64,000 nt of DNA from NCBI RefSeq assembly GCF_006345805.1, contig NC_042999.1, forward strand, positions 99,944,001 through 100,008,000. The letters are read 5' to 3'. Position numbers and translations under genes: made by a program. Positions 1 through 12,885 of this stretch are shown here, piece after piece. The notes beneath the pieces were generated by a model. It had not been told where the DNA came from and made no database searches. It worked only from the letters and a program-made list of their open reading frames with translations. This stretch comes from Octopus sinensis (Eukaryota). Each line of letters begins with the position of its first letter. Within the stretch, counting starts at the first letter, position 1.

Positions 1-498
1 ACCAGATGAGAACAAAAATGTATTTTCAATGGCTTCAAATGTTTCCCTTTTCTTCTTCAATTCGAGTCTAAACTGCCAAGATACACATTGTGCACGCACA
101 TTCCGATATCCAAAGTATTCCACCACTTGCAAGGCACTGTGACCACAGTCCAATATTGCAGCAAGGTAGCAGCTTGTATTTGATCTGACTACCTGAATCA
201 ATTCGTCCGTCCACTGTTGATTGATGCCAGTAGTCGTAGTTGTGCTTCTACTACGTGGTTTGAATCCATAGCTGGTTCTGTCTTCTTTAAACTTCATTCA
301 TCTATGCATATTCTTCTTTTCACTGATACCCTTCACAAAGTTTTCCTCAAGAAGTCAGTTGCTTCTGCTTGGAACCCATTATTTTGTTTGCATTGCAGAA
401 GAACAAGAAGAATGGTTGCTGCAGAAGATGTATTGTATCAATACGTACAATTTGAAAATGCAACGTCCACTTTTACATTATTTTGGATACGAGCCCTG
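1..498 (-). mobile_element. Decayed mariner-family DNA transposon, 5' part (continues beyond the window start)
   Basis: The minus strand reads MKFKEDRTSYGFKPRSRS...DELIQ...AAILDCGHSALQVVEYFGYRNVRAQCVSWQF. This resembles the mariner N-terminal KFKxGRTSxxDxPRSGRP and GYRKVCARWVP segments. A likely terminus TA|CAGGGCTCG lies at ~498. Confidence 0.7.
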
Positions 499-649
499 TA
501 TATATATGTATATGCGCACACATACACACATGTACATACACATCCACACACACACACATCCAAACAAACTCACACGTATCTACATAAATACACACATTTA
601 TTTCCGAACATTTAAACGTCAAATTTTATTCAGTTCCATTCCGGTGTCC

Positions 650-742
<93 letters not shown>

Positions 743-743
<1 letters not shown>

Positions 744-1083
744 CCAGCCTCGTCTGGCACCTGTGTCGGTGGCACATAAAAAACACCATCCGAGCGTGGC
801 CGTCTGCCAGCCTCGTCTGGCACCTGTGTCGGCGGCACATAAAAAACACCATTCGAGCGTGACCGTCTGCCAGCCTCGTCTGGCACCTGTGTCGGTGGCA
901 CATAAAATCACCCACTACACTCTCGGAGTGGTTGGCGTTAGGAAGGGCATCCAGCTGTAGAAACACTGCCTGATCTGACTGGCCTGGTGCACCCTTCGGG
1001 CTTGCCAGACCCCAGTTGAACATTCCAACCCATGCTAGCATGGAAAGCGGACGTTAAACGATGATGATGATGATGATGATGAT
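743..1083 (+). mobile_element. 3' part of a SINE-like retroposon with 2.7 tandem 63-bp units and a (TGA)n tail
   Basis: Units start at 743, 806 and 869 (GCCAGCCTCGTCTGGCACCTGTGTCGGTGGCACATAAAA...). They are followed by GGAAGGGCATCCAGCTGTAGAAAC...GCGGACGTTAAACGATGATGATG, a short-repeat tail typical of RTE-mobilised elements. Confidence 0.7.
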
Positions 1084-1436
1084 ATATACTGAGAGAGAGG
1101 GAGGAGGAATGAGAGAGCATTTATTAAGGCTATGAACGCTTCCTTAATGATCTAACGTTAAATACTTAGCATTTTTCTGCTTCATTCTTTGTCTGTGAAC
1201 AGAAATAAGAAGTCTCAATGAATATGCAACACTACTATTCTTATTCTGCATTTACGAATCCTTTTATTTCAAGTAGAAATCCCCTGTCTTTAATATTAAA
1301 CGGGTTCAAATCCTCACTAGCATTATTTCTGAATCTGATAATCGTTCACTGTATCTAACACTCATTAAAGATTATATGTTTCTTTGAATGTCATTAAGTA
1401 TCACTGCATAGTCGACAATTTTTAACCTTTTTAAAG

Positions 1437-1583
1437 GCAACTACTGCACATAACAATTTTGGTGTGTCCGAGATGTATATAAGAATCTCAAGCGCTGCAG
1501 AACATAACAGCAGCATGTCTGATAATGAAGGACTTTTGACAGTTTGCAGTGCTGAAGAAAAATCCGTTCATGTAAATAGCTGA
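1437..1583 (+). CDS. Possible terminal coding exon of a host gene located upstream (product unknown)
   Basis: An acceptor-like TTTTTAACCTTTTTAAAG|GCA is followed by 48 open codons ATTAHNNFGVSEMYIRISSAAEHNSSMSDNEGLLTVCSAEEKSVHVNS and TGA. About 4 kb free of microsatellites follows. No homology recognised. Confidence 0.3.
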   Translation, partial: ATTAHNNFGVSEMYIRISSAAEHNSSMSDNEGLLTVCSAEEKSVHVNS

Positions 1584-4500
1584 TGCAAAACTAGCACACA
1601 CGAACTTTAAATTTGAGGTGATGTCATGTGCTAACCCTTTGAGCTAGTACTTTCAACAATAGTTTCAAATGCCTATCATACTAGAAATGTTTATGAGATA
1701 ATCTTATCTAGTGACTGTAAATTATTAAATAGATCAAAGATTCTGGCTGCAAATTGTAAGATGTTCTATAATCAAATGCTCCAAGACGAGAATCTGAAAT
1801 CCAGTTTTGATCGCAGTACTTTGCTCTAATTGTACCCTTACAGTAAGAGACAACTTGATTGTTAATAGTCAGAAAGTAAATACTGACAATTATTTTAACA
1901 GTTTTATTTACCTGTACGTTTTGTATCTTCTTCGAGTACATATACATAAGCTCTGAGCTTAACACTAGTAACAGTATTGTTTAATGACGTTGATTAAAGG
2001 TTAATCATGGAATACACAAACCAACAGTGCTTTTGATGTATTGAAATATAATTTCTATACACGTAAAGCAGTATTTTTTCTTAAAATCTCGATAATGAAT
2101 GGGAATTGTTTTGTTTCTGTGCCAAGATATCATTGACAAAGAAACCACGCCGACTGAATAAACACTTATTCAAAAGTTAATTATTATAACGAATGAGTAG
2201 TGTCCGCTAGTTAAACAAATGTGTTATGCTGTGTTTTTTTGTGAGTTTTGTTTTTTCTTTTTATGATGTCTACATTAAAAGAATATGGAGGAAAGATTAT
2301 CGCTGGATAGTCTACTTAGTATCTAACGAACTATGTAAGAGAAAGTAACTGCGAAATATAACACCGAAACAAAATACCGTACAATTAAGCTAAGCCAAAT
2401 CTAGTAGTTACTCTAGAATACTACTTATTAATCAATCATCAATTATATATAATTTAAAATAACCCATAAAATGTTTTAGAAGTTGAAAAGGAGAAAGAAA
2501 CTAAACATTTCATAATATAAAAGCAGGGAAAATAACTGACGAGTAACGAAATTGTGACATTCCACATGAATTTATAAAGTTCCTTTTTCCACGTAAAGAT
2601 TATATGGCCGAGCGAATAAAGCACTGCATTATTAAATGATAAAGTTCCAATCATGATATAAAATCCTCGAAAAATGTCTCTTGCCGTATTTCTATCAATA
2701 CTAGGGTAACCAATCTGTCGATAAGAGATATATACACGATTATATGGAATGTACACTTTGAGACTGGAACCTATTAATTTTTTTTCGTTCTAGCAAGTCT
2801 TTGGATCCAGAGTGTGAGTCTTAGTTGTATACAGTATGTAATGGACAGCATAATATTTAGCCAAGTGGATTTACTTTCCGGCTGCAACAGTCTCCTAATC
2901 GAACTTCCTCATACGTGTTCAATTCTTAATATAGTCACTTCTATGTATGAATAGTATTTTAGAGACCAGTGAACGCTAAAAATGACAAAAGTGTTTTAAA
3001 TCATTAAGACTAAAAAGGATTAGTATATGTATGTTAGGATACTACACTGAACGAACTATTTCAGATTTATGTTCCATATACAATCGCTTAGTTTTGCTAG
3101 AACACTGATTGCCTGATCAAAGTAAAAACATAAATATATATGTCATGTAAGAGAGAATAAATGAACCTTACTTTGCAGTTTTCTCTGATTATTCTACAAG
3201 TTTGCACTAATAATTTGGAAAAGAAAGGAATCTTTATTTCATTTAACTAGATGAAAAATACGTTAGTTCGTCTCATTCACAAGCGTTGCATTTATGATTT
3301 AGTAGTTATATATGGTGTGACTTGTTAAGCAAGTACGTTATAATATTTTTATGCAATATTTTTGGTCACAAATGGGAAATTGCTCCAAGATGTTAAATTG
3401 TCAGCTATATATCTAATAAAATCTGCATTAAAGTCGTGTAATATATGGCTACTTGGGAAATGCAGCTTACAAACATAACTACATATGTCAATAAATATAC
3501 GAGTTGCTCTTTATATGCAAACAAAGAAATTAATACCGAGAAACTTCAACACCCTGAAATCAAACTAATCACAATGCAGTCATTGTTTGAACATATATCT
3601 CCCTCGAGTGACATTTAAACGTGTTCAAAGTAGAAGAACACATCAAATAGTTTAGTTCTATATATACAAAAGACAGGATTGTTATAGCGGAAACAGTTCC
3701 GACCAAAGATCTTGATCAGAGCAGTCGTGAAGCAGAAGAATAGTTGCAACATCATATTCGCATGCAGCTTTCATCCTTATACTTAAACCATAGTGCACCC
3801 TGATTACTTAAGCTATTTGGATGTGATTAATTATACATGATTTGAAAGTTGGAAACAAAAGCAATGTCCACAATCTTGTGGCGTGTGTTAATATGTTCTT
3901 CACACTGTAGAGAAAATAGTAAAGTAGACCACAACATTGAAAAAGTATGAAATTACTTGAAGACGTTTGTATTGAATAGGTCCTCTGAGCTATTAATTTT
4001 AGAGGAATGAATTGAAAAGAATGATTAGGTGAAACGGTTAAAATATCAATTCAGCTCATTCAATAAATATGACTAATGTCAGTTTTATGATAAGGTTATA
4101 ACAAATTGATTGTGAATAGTGAGAGATTATCTTAATTCATTAATGATGAGCTGTTAACTTATGATAGATTCTAGAATGTATCGTACAGCAATATAATCAG
4201 TATGCATTGTGTGAGTATTAGATCTAACTGCATGTTGGAAAAGATCTGACACATGCGAATGTGTATCATATTGTAAGAGATCATTGGTGAAACAATGGAT
4301 GCTAATTTCAGTCAATTGCTCTACAAGGGACAATTATTTACCATATAATTATCAAAACCAAATGTGCACTTCCATAGAAACTCGCAAATGTAAGCATGTA
4401 CATTTTCAGTAAATTTTCTTCGTAGCTACCATACTCTGCCGTCATTACATCCGTTCAAGGAGAAGCCAGTCTCATAATTTATATATTTTACACAAGTATC

Positions 4501-5714
4501 AATATGAAATTAGTTTCCATCAATCATATACCGTATAAATAAATTAGTACTTTAGTTATTAAGCTAATTTTAACAATAGGACGTTTAAAGTTTTCGACAG
4601 CAGAATAAAAAAAATTATATGAAGCAGACACATAACTTTGTAAGCCTAACAAAGTAATCTACACTTGAAACTTAGGCATAGCTGCATGCATAATGGTGAT
4701 AAATAAGGAAATGAAAATATTCCTCTAGATAAGAAGTATCATCTGATTAAGATGTATGAAAAATCTATTAGTATTTGCTTGTTTATTAAATAGACAAAAA
4801 AATTAATAAGATATTCTGATCTAAATTTTTGGACTATACGTTGAGCTCCCAATTTCCTTACTGCATAAACATTGTGACATTGTTGTAAGCACGGAAGGTG
4901 AATGCTGAATTCCTATATTCCATTATATCTATGAAATACTAGAAAATATATGTGATTCTAGTTTTGACACGTAATCCAAATAGAATCACTATAGTTTACT
5001 GGTTTAGGCTCTAATTCTAACAGAATGATTAGAAATTAAGATTAAAGGTTTAGTGAAAAGATTCCGTATATTTTTCACTACAAATTCAGATACAACTATA
5101 AAGATAGTTCAAGATATTTAACAAAAGTGCATGTGTTAGCTATTCAAATGTGGTAAACTCGTAGGTTATAAGCAATGTTCCTTAATTGGTGAGATTCTAA
5201 TGCTTCTATGGAGAAATAAATCACCGCTCTTCTATTTCGCATGTATTACCAAAGAATGGTGTTCTTTCGTTGTATATGAAAACAATTCAAAATAACGGAT
5301 AACGACAGTCTCATAATACACACTCAATGATCATCATTCAAAAATCTATCAAGTGGAAAAGCGGTTTTACATCAATGAATTGTGCTTTCTGAGTAATTAG
5401 AGTTTTGAAGCCTCCTTAACAAATGGTTGAAAGCACATTTATATCAGTCAATTCAAAGTGATACAGGCTCCATATCGAAACGAGGTTGAAGGTTATTTGG
5501 GCGGAATGTTGAATAGATCCTGTATTGAATGAAATATTCCCGTAAATAGATGAAGAAATCTAAAGAAACTGTCCTGATTAGAGAATAGTCGATTGCAAGA
5601 TGTGAATCTACAGTCTGCCTTGTGTATCAGGTGTATATTTTTTTCTTATATTGTATATTATTTAAATATATTAGATCTTTCATGAATGCTGCATTGAATT
5701 ATATGTATATATAA

Positions 5715-5785
<71 letters not shown>

Positions 5786-5808
5786 GACAGAGACAGATAG
5801 ATAGATAA

Positions 5809-5843
<35 letters not shown>

Positions 5844-5853
5844 CATACATACA

Positions 5854-5885
<32 letters not shown>

Positions 5886-6049
5886 CACACATGAATACAT
5901 ATACGGATCTACAAATGCAGATGATGTACTTAGAGACGCAGTTACATGAAAGCAGACGTTTGCACAAAGAGAGATTGTTTGTATGATGCATAAATGACTA
6001 CTCTCATACACATATATATTTACACACACACATACACATACACACACAC

Positions 6050-6940
<891 letters not shown>

Positions 6941-7247
6941 AAATACAGCGGCGTACGTACACTTTGGTCTCTCATTTATATATAAATATATATATACATA
7001 TATTATATATATATATATATATATACATATTTATATATATATACATATATATATATATATTATATATATATATATATTATATATATATATATGTATATAC
7101 ACACACATATATGTATATATATGTACATCCTCGTGTTTGTTCTTATCGTTACTCCTATTCTTTTTCTGCCCTTTTTTAAAAAGACAAACACACTGTATCT
7201 ATCGTTAACTGTTTCTTATATGTATTAGCTCTCCCAACCACTTAGAC

Positions 7248-7364
7248 CCTTTGAAGAAACCTAGAGGCACATTCATCATCCAAAATGCCCATCCCTACAG
7301 AACAATGAAGTAATGGAGACGCCATGGAGGATTTCGTGACCTCTTGGCAGAAACGGCCGTAAGG
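7248..7364 (+). ncRNA. Degenerate type I hammerhead ribozyme (PLE type)
   Basis: Stem I CCT/AGG; TTGAAGA (C3 mutated); stem II CCTAGAGG-CAC/GTG-A-CCTCTTGG with a large loop; GAAA-C-GGCC-G-TA with a palindromic stem III. Confidence 0.6.
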
Positions 7365-7768
7365 AACTAGTACCTACAAACAATTTGCTCTTTTGCTCTT
7401 TTCTGTAATATTAGTACATGTGAATGTAATACATGGTTAATACATGTGTATGTACTCATCTAATACATTCTAATACATTGGAATAAATCGACATACTAGA
7501 ATGTCTACCGGCTGAGGTATGTCGTTTTTGTATCCTCTCCAAATTCTTATTTGCCGTATAAATTACGGGTAAACTACTTTTTTACCCCCGCCCATATATA
7601 ACATTAAATTGCGAACTTGTCACGCAATGACTAACACTTGGGTATGAATAACTGAGTATACTACCAGCAGTATATATTATCCCTTAGTTGGTTGGTTTCC
7701 CAACCTCTAACTCACGCAGAAATATATATATAGATCTATATATATATATATATATACGTATATATACA

Positions 7769-8365
7769 TTTTCCTTGGGGCTGGCCAGATTGGAGCAATC
7801 TCAAGATTAATCAGCCGAAATTGCGAGGATGATCCGGTTCTTGACTGAAGACTAGAGGCTTCGAATGACCCGACCGTGTTTTTTGTATCGTCTATTTGAA
7901 TGTTTTGCGTTCTTTTTTGTATTTATATATATCTAAACTTTGTACTATTCCAACACTCTCTCCCCCTCTCTCCCATTCTTTGCCTTTCTTACTTTGTACT
8001 TCACTGTCCTTGTCTTTCTCTTTTCTCGCCAATCCTTGATTCATCGGTCTACTCTCTCCCCCTTCTCTCACATTCTTTGCTCTTCTTACTTTGCACTTCA
8101 CTCTCCCTGTCTTTCTTTTTTCTCGCCACTCATTGACACGCTCTCTATCTTCTCCCCCTTCTTAATTCCTTGTTCCTCTTTTTCTGTCTCTTCTCCTCCT
8201 CCTTAATACCTTTGTTCCTCTTTTTCTCCCTCCTCTCCCACTCTTTAATTCCTTTGTCCCTCTTTTTCTCTCTCTTCTCTTCTCACGTGACAGCTGGACA
8301 ACTAAAGCCCTTTCGCTTCGGACCAACGTCACGATAAAAACGCTTTCTTTGTCTGCCGTAAGGCC

Positions 8366-8451
<86 letters not shown>

Positions 8452-8743
8452 GTTTTTTGCATTTATATTCGTATTATTTTTTATTATTTTTTTGTATTTA
8501 TATTCGTCCGTTTTTCTGTCCTTGTTTCGTATACATTCGATCCTTTTTCCAAGAAATCTAATGCTCGTAGCTTAGCTTTTCCTTGGGGCTGGCCAGATTG
8601 GAGCAATCTCAAGATTAATCAGCTGAAATTGCGAGGATGATCCGGTTCTTGACTGAAGAATAAAGGCTTCGAATGACCCGTCCGTGTTTTTAGTATCGTC
8701 TATTTGAATGTTTTGCGTTCTTTTTTGTATTTATATATATCTA

Positions 8744-8746
<3 letters not shown>
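7769..8746 (+). mobile_element. Non-coding element with ~170-bp terminal direct repeats (subfamily A), inserted in (TA)n
   Basis: 7769-7938 and 8577-8746 are near-identical direct repeats (offset 808 bp). They enclose a CT-rich tract and a (TTA)n run, and both flanks are (TA)n. Confidence 0.75.
8534..8675 (+). ncRNA. Candidate rearranged (non-circularly permuted) hammerhead ribozyme
   Basis: GCAATC(8603-08) pairs with GAA-ATTGC(8625-32); TCAAGA(8609-14) pairs with TCTTGA(8647-52), which directly precedes CTGAAGA(8653-59); GGCTGG(8587-92) pairs with TCAGCT(8619-24). A second copy is at 7779-7851 and a diverged copy at 6791-6863. Confidence 0.6.
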
Positions 8747-8786
<40 letters not shown>

Positions 8787-8931
8787 TATATCTTTCACTC
8801 ACTTTACCTATAGCCTTTCTTTCCCTTCATGTATGCTTAAACATGTGTCTTATGCATAAGTGTTTATCCACCTATCTATCGATTTATACACCTATCAATA
8901 TCCATTTTCTGTCTTCATATATTCTCGGATG

Positions 8932-8973
<42 letters not shown>

Positions 8974-9860
8974 GTGTGTATAGCAATACGCGGTTGTGCG
9001 TGCTAAAGAAGGCGAAATATAAAAATAAAGTATAGAACTAATACATTTGCATGGATATTATGATTGAACATGTAAACGAAATAAAGTAAAATCTCCCGTA
9101 TTCCAGGAGAAGAGAATGGTTATGAATCCTAAATTCTATTTATAATACAGATTCAAATGGTATAAACGTACATTAATTATGCATGTAAATCGTCACTACG
9201 TGTATTATTAATCCGCCTATATATTCATCTACCTCAATCTTTATCTATCTGTTATCCTAGTCAATCTACAATCTATCTACCTACGTGTCTATATTAACAC
9301 GGATACACATAAAGAAAGAAATTTATACACGTGTGTTGTTTATGTATAGAAATAAAATGTATGTGAAAGTATTAATAAATTTATATACGTATATACATAC
9401 ATACACACACACACACACACACTGTCTGCTTATTTATATTAATAATTGTGGAGCAGAGAAGACAAGCCTCTCCAACGCGAGTTTTTATGCCTGGTTATGA
9501 ATCACTTACTCAGTAATTATCCTTTAGTTATACGTAAGCTCCAAGCAATTCCCACTTTCCTTTCACTTGTAACAGAATTCTTGATATATCTGGCAGTGTA
9601 GACAATGCAAATCACCTCCAGATCCCTTTCATTTTTATAATATAGAGCAACTCATGATATGTATGGATTTATATTTTACCTTTCATGTTCATTTATTGGT
9701 TGTATGGTCGTAAGTTTCTCTCCGTAAAACCTTATTTTAGAGCTCTATTGTTCTATTTCTCTGGTGCAGTACCTTTAGCAACCTCCTTCTGCCAGATTAG
9801 AAAGACAGTGGAATACCATCGGATATCTATCGATCTATCTATATGCATATATACGTATAT

Positions 9861-9925
<65 letters not shown>

Positions 9926-9957
9926 ATGTGTGTGTGTGTGTATGTGTGTATGTGTGC

Positions 9958-10040
<83 letters not shown>

Positions 10041-10084
10041 GCATGTGTGTATGTATAGATTTATGCATGTATGTCTCTTCTGTT

Positions 10085-10600
10085 TTAAATAATTTAACTT
10101 CTTTGTTTGAAGGAACTTGTTTCTAACAAAGATACAAAGTCCTATCTTCAGAATGTGGGTAACGAAAACAATTTCACATTTTAAACTTGAGAAACTTCAT
10201 GTATAGTTTTACTGTTCCGCTTACAGTTTCCATTTGTAATGCGCCAATCAGTTGGTATGATTTCTTTTTCTGAAAATTCAAAATTATCCAGACTGACAGT
10301 TAGGTATTTACTTAAGGACCAAGTTCTCTTACTATTATTGGTATAAATGTAAATTTGTAATCCGGATATAAAGCTCGAGGTTTGGAAGCAGTTGTCCATA
10401 GTTATCTTCTTTCTCTTTGATTTTCAAAAGAATATTCAGCTGACCTTTATGATGTTACATACATTTTCTTGTCTGTCCCAAGCAACGATATGCGGTCTGT
10501 TATGCTTACTCTTGACAAATGTTTTGATGGGAATGTTCCACTATTATTCCTTGTGCCAATATTTCTGCACATATTCAATGACAAGGGAATTCTCTGTGTA
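10085..10600 (-). mobile_element. R4/Dong-like non-LTR retrotransposon, restriction-like endonuclease (RLE) region and 3' UTR, decayed
   Basis: The minus strand reads WNIPIKTFVKSKHNRPHIVAWDRQENVC...LKIKEKEDNYGQLL (HNRPD-type RLE motif). It is homologous to 17545-17950. Confidence 0.75.
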
Positions 10601-10919
10601 TGTTTGTGTGTATGTATGTATGTATGTATGTATGTATGTATGTATGTATGTATGTATCTACGTACGTATTATGTATGTATGTATGTGTGTATGTATGTAT
10701 ATACGTATGTATGTATGTATGTATGTCATTATTCAGTTAATTTCAAGATTTCTTGCCAACAGAGAAAGAACCGATTTCTAACCTAGATCCAAGGTTCCTT
10801 CGTTGGAATTTCAATATCAACAACAGGGTATTTTAGTTAGCATGTATGTATGTATGTGCAGATTTGTATGTTTTATGCATGTATTCTCATGCATGTAGTT
10901 AGTTGCATATATGTATGTG

Positions 10920-10951
<32 letters not shown>

Positions 10952-11601
10952 TGTATGTATGTATGTATGTATGTATGTATGTATGTATGTATGTATGTAT
11001 GTATGTATGTATGTGGCTCTTGAATTATGTCTGAATACTATATTGTTCTCCCTGGAGATTCATAATTTAAAAACAATTTTGGGAATCGTTGTTCAAGATA
11101 TACAAAATTACTGAATGAGCACGCACACTCGAAATGCCTTTGACCATTCTACCTTCCGATCAGAACTGAACGCAGATTAAAGAGCAGTAACAACTGCCAC
11201 CAACCATATACTATATTTTCTTAATCCCGAACGAGAATAAAATCTCTCATTCTCTTGTCTGCAATGAAATGTTAGACGAAGAAACATTTTCGAAAACAAA
11301 ATTGTATATTGGATGTACTTGATGGTTTTGCATGATTTCAACTGGTAATAAAAGATTCTAGCTGTAGATCCTCTCTCCTGTCTGCGAAACATTGTTGGGA
11401 AAATATCTGTTGATTTATATAATGTGGCGTATTATAGTGCCTAGGCTTTATAAATGAAATGACCTCTAAAATATCACACATAGTTCTACGCATATTCATA
11501 AATATATAAATAAAACTTGCGCTGCGTATATTAAGACGAGAAATGATAAGGAAAAGTTAAAAAGAGAAATCTCATCTCTGTGCGTCTGTGTGCGTGTGTG
11601 T

Positions 11602-11647
<46 letters not shown>

Positions 11648-12704
11648 ATTTTAATTGAACAGGTGTGTGGTTTCTGCATTCTTGTAAACAAACATGGATT
11701 TTACACCAACATTTAATCAAAATAGGTGTAAATTTCTTTAAAATTCCAAATGAGATATGTAATTTTTTCTTTAGTCTCTTTTGTTTGTTTCCCCCACCCT
11801 TTTTCTGAAGTAATTTTTCTTTCAATTGATAGAATAAGAAGCTTCGAATTATGAAAGAGAAAATTTTTAATTCGAGACGGAAAATAATTATAAGAAAACT
11901 GTTCTAATTATTCACCGCATGATATTTTAACACACAGTACCAGCACTTGTAATACTGCTCCATACATATTGCAAGCAATTTCGATATATCACAGCATTTT
12001 TCGCGCCCCAGTTACTTTTATTTATAATTACCCATTTTAAGCGAAACACATCGCTCAAATAGTTTTTAAGATACAAAGGAAATTTTCAAGTTGTTTAGAA
12101 TTTTCCATAATGTATACAATTACAGCAAAATATCTTAAACTACCACGAGAGTTTCTTTGTTTGCTAAAATTAACATTGAACATAGGCAATTTACAGTGCA
12201 TTGATGCATATAAATAGTTGCGTGGATCATGCAACATTGTGATACTTGTTTAAAGTGATTTTAATTATTGGTCTAAGGTTCATAATTCTCCTTACGAATC
12301 TTAAGAAGTAAAGATATGTCATAGAATTTAAATTCATTTGCACAGATATAGGCTTCTCGAGAGAAGAGAAAATAAAATAATTAAATCGTCAATGATAATT
12401 TAACAGCTTTGCCATAACTTTTTAATCAAATTTGAATCTTTAACAAATTTGAATTGGACAACTTGTTAAAGGGAAAGAGTTAATAAGCAAAAAAAAAAAT
12501 TGCCAATAACTTGCAGACATAATCTATATTGTGAAATAAATCTACGTATAACATACAACCCAAGCATTATGTAACTACTTGATCATTTTTGAAGTGTTTC
12601 ATTTATAAACGGTATAAGAAATTCGTGAAAAATAGCTTAATCACGATTATGTCTACAAGATCACACTAAATACGACATTCAACACAAACCCAAATATTCT
12701 TCTC

Positions 12705-12885
12705 TAGTGAAGGCACAAGGTCTGATATTTTGGGGGAAGGTATGGTCGATTATATCGACTCAGTACTTAACTGGTATTTATTTTATCGACCCCAAAAGGA
12801 TGGAGGACAAAGACGGCCTTGGCGGAATTTGAACTCAAAATGTAAAGATGGATAAAATGCTGTTACGCATTTTGCCCGGTGTGCT
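12705..12885 (-). mobile_element. SINE family C copy (diverged)
   Basis: Reverse complement of the element at 50208: TTTTATCGACCCCAAAAGGATG...GGCGGAATTTGAACTC...GTGTGCTAA. Confidence 0.7.

Noticed and set aside
743-915. CRISPR-like look of regularly spaced palindromic repeats
   Set aside because: The whole 63-bp unit repeats, with no unique spacers. It sits in a eukaryotic retroposon and there are no cas genes.
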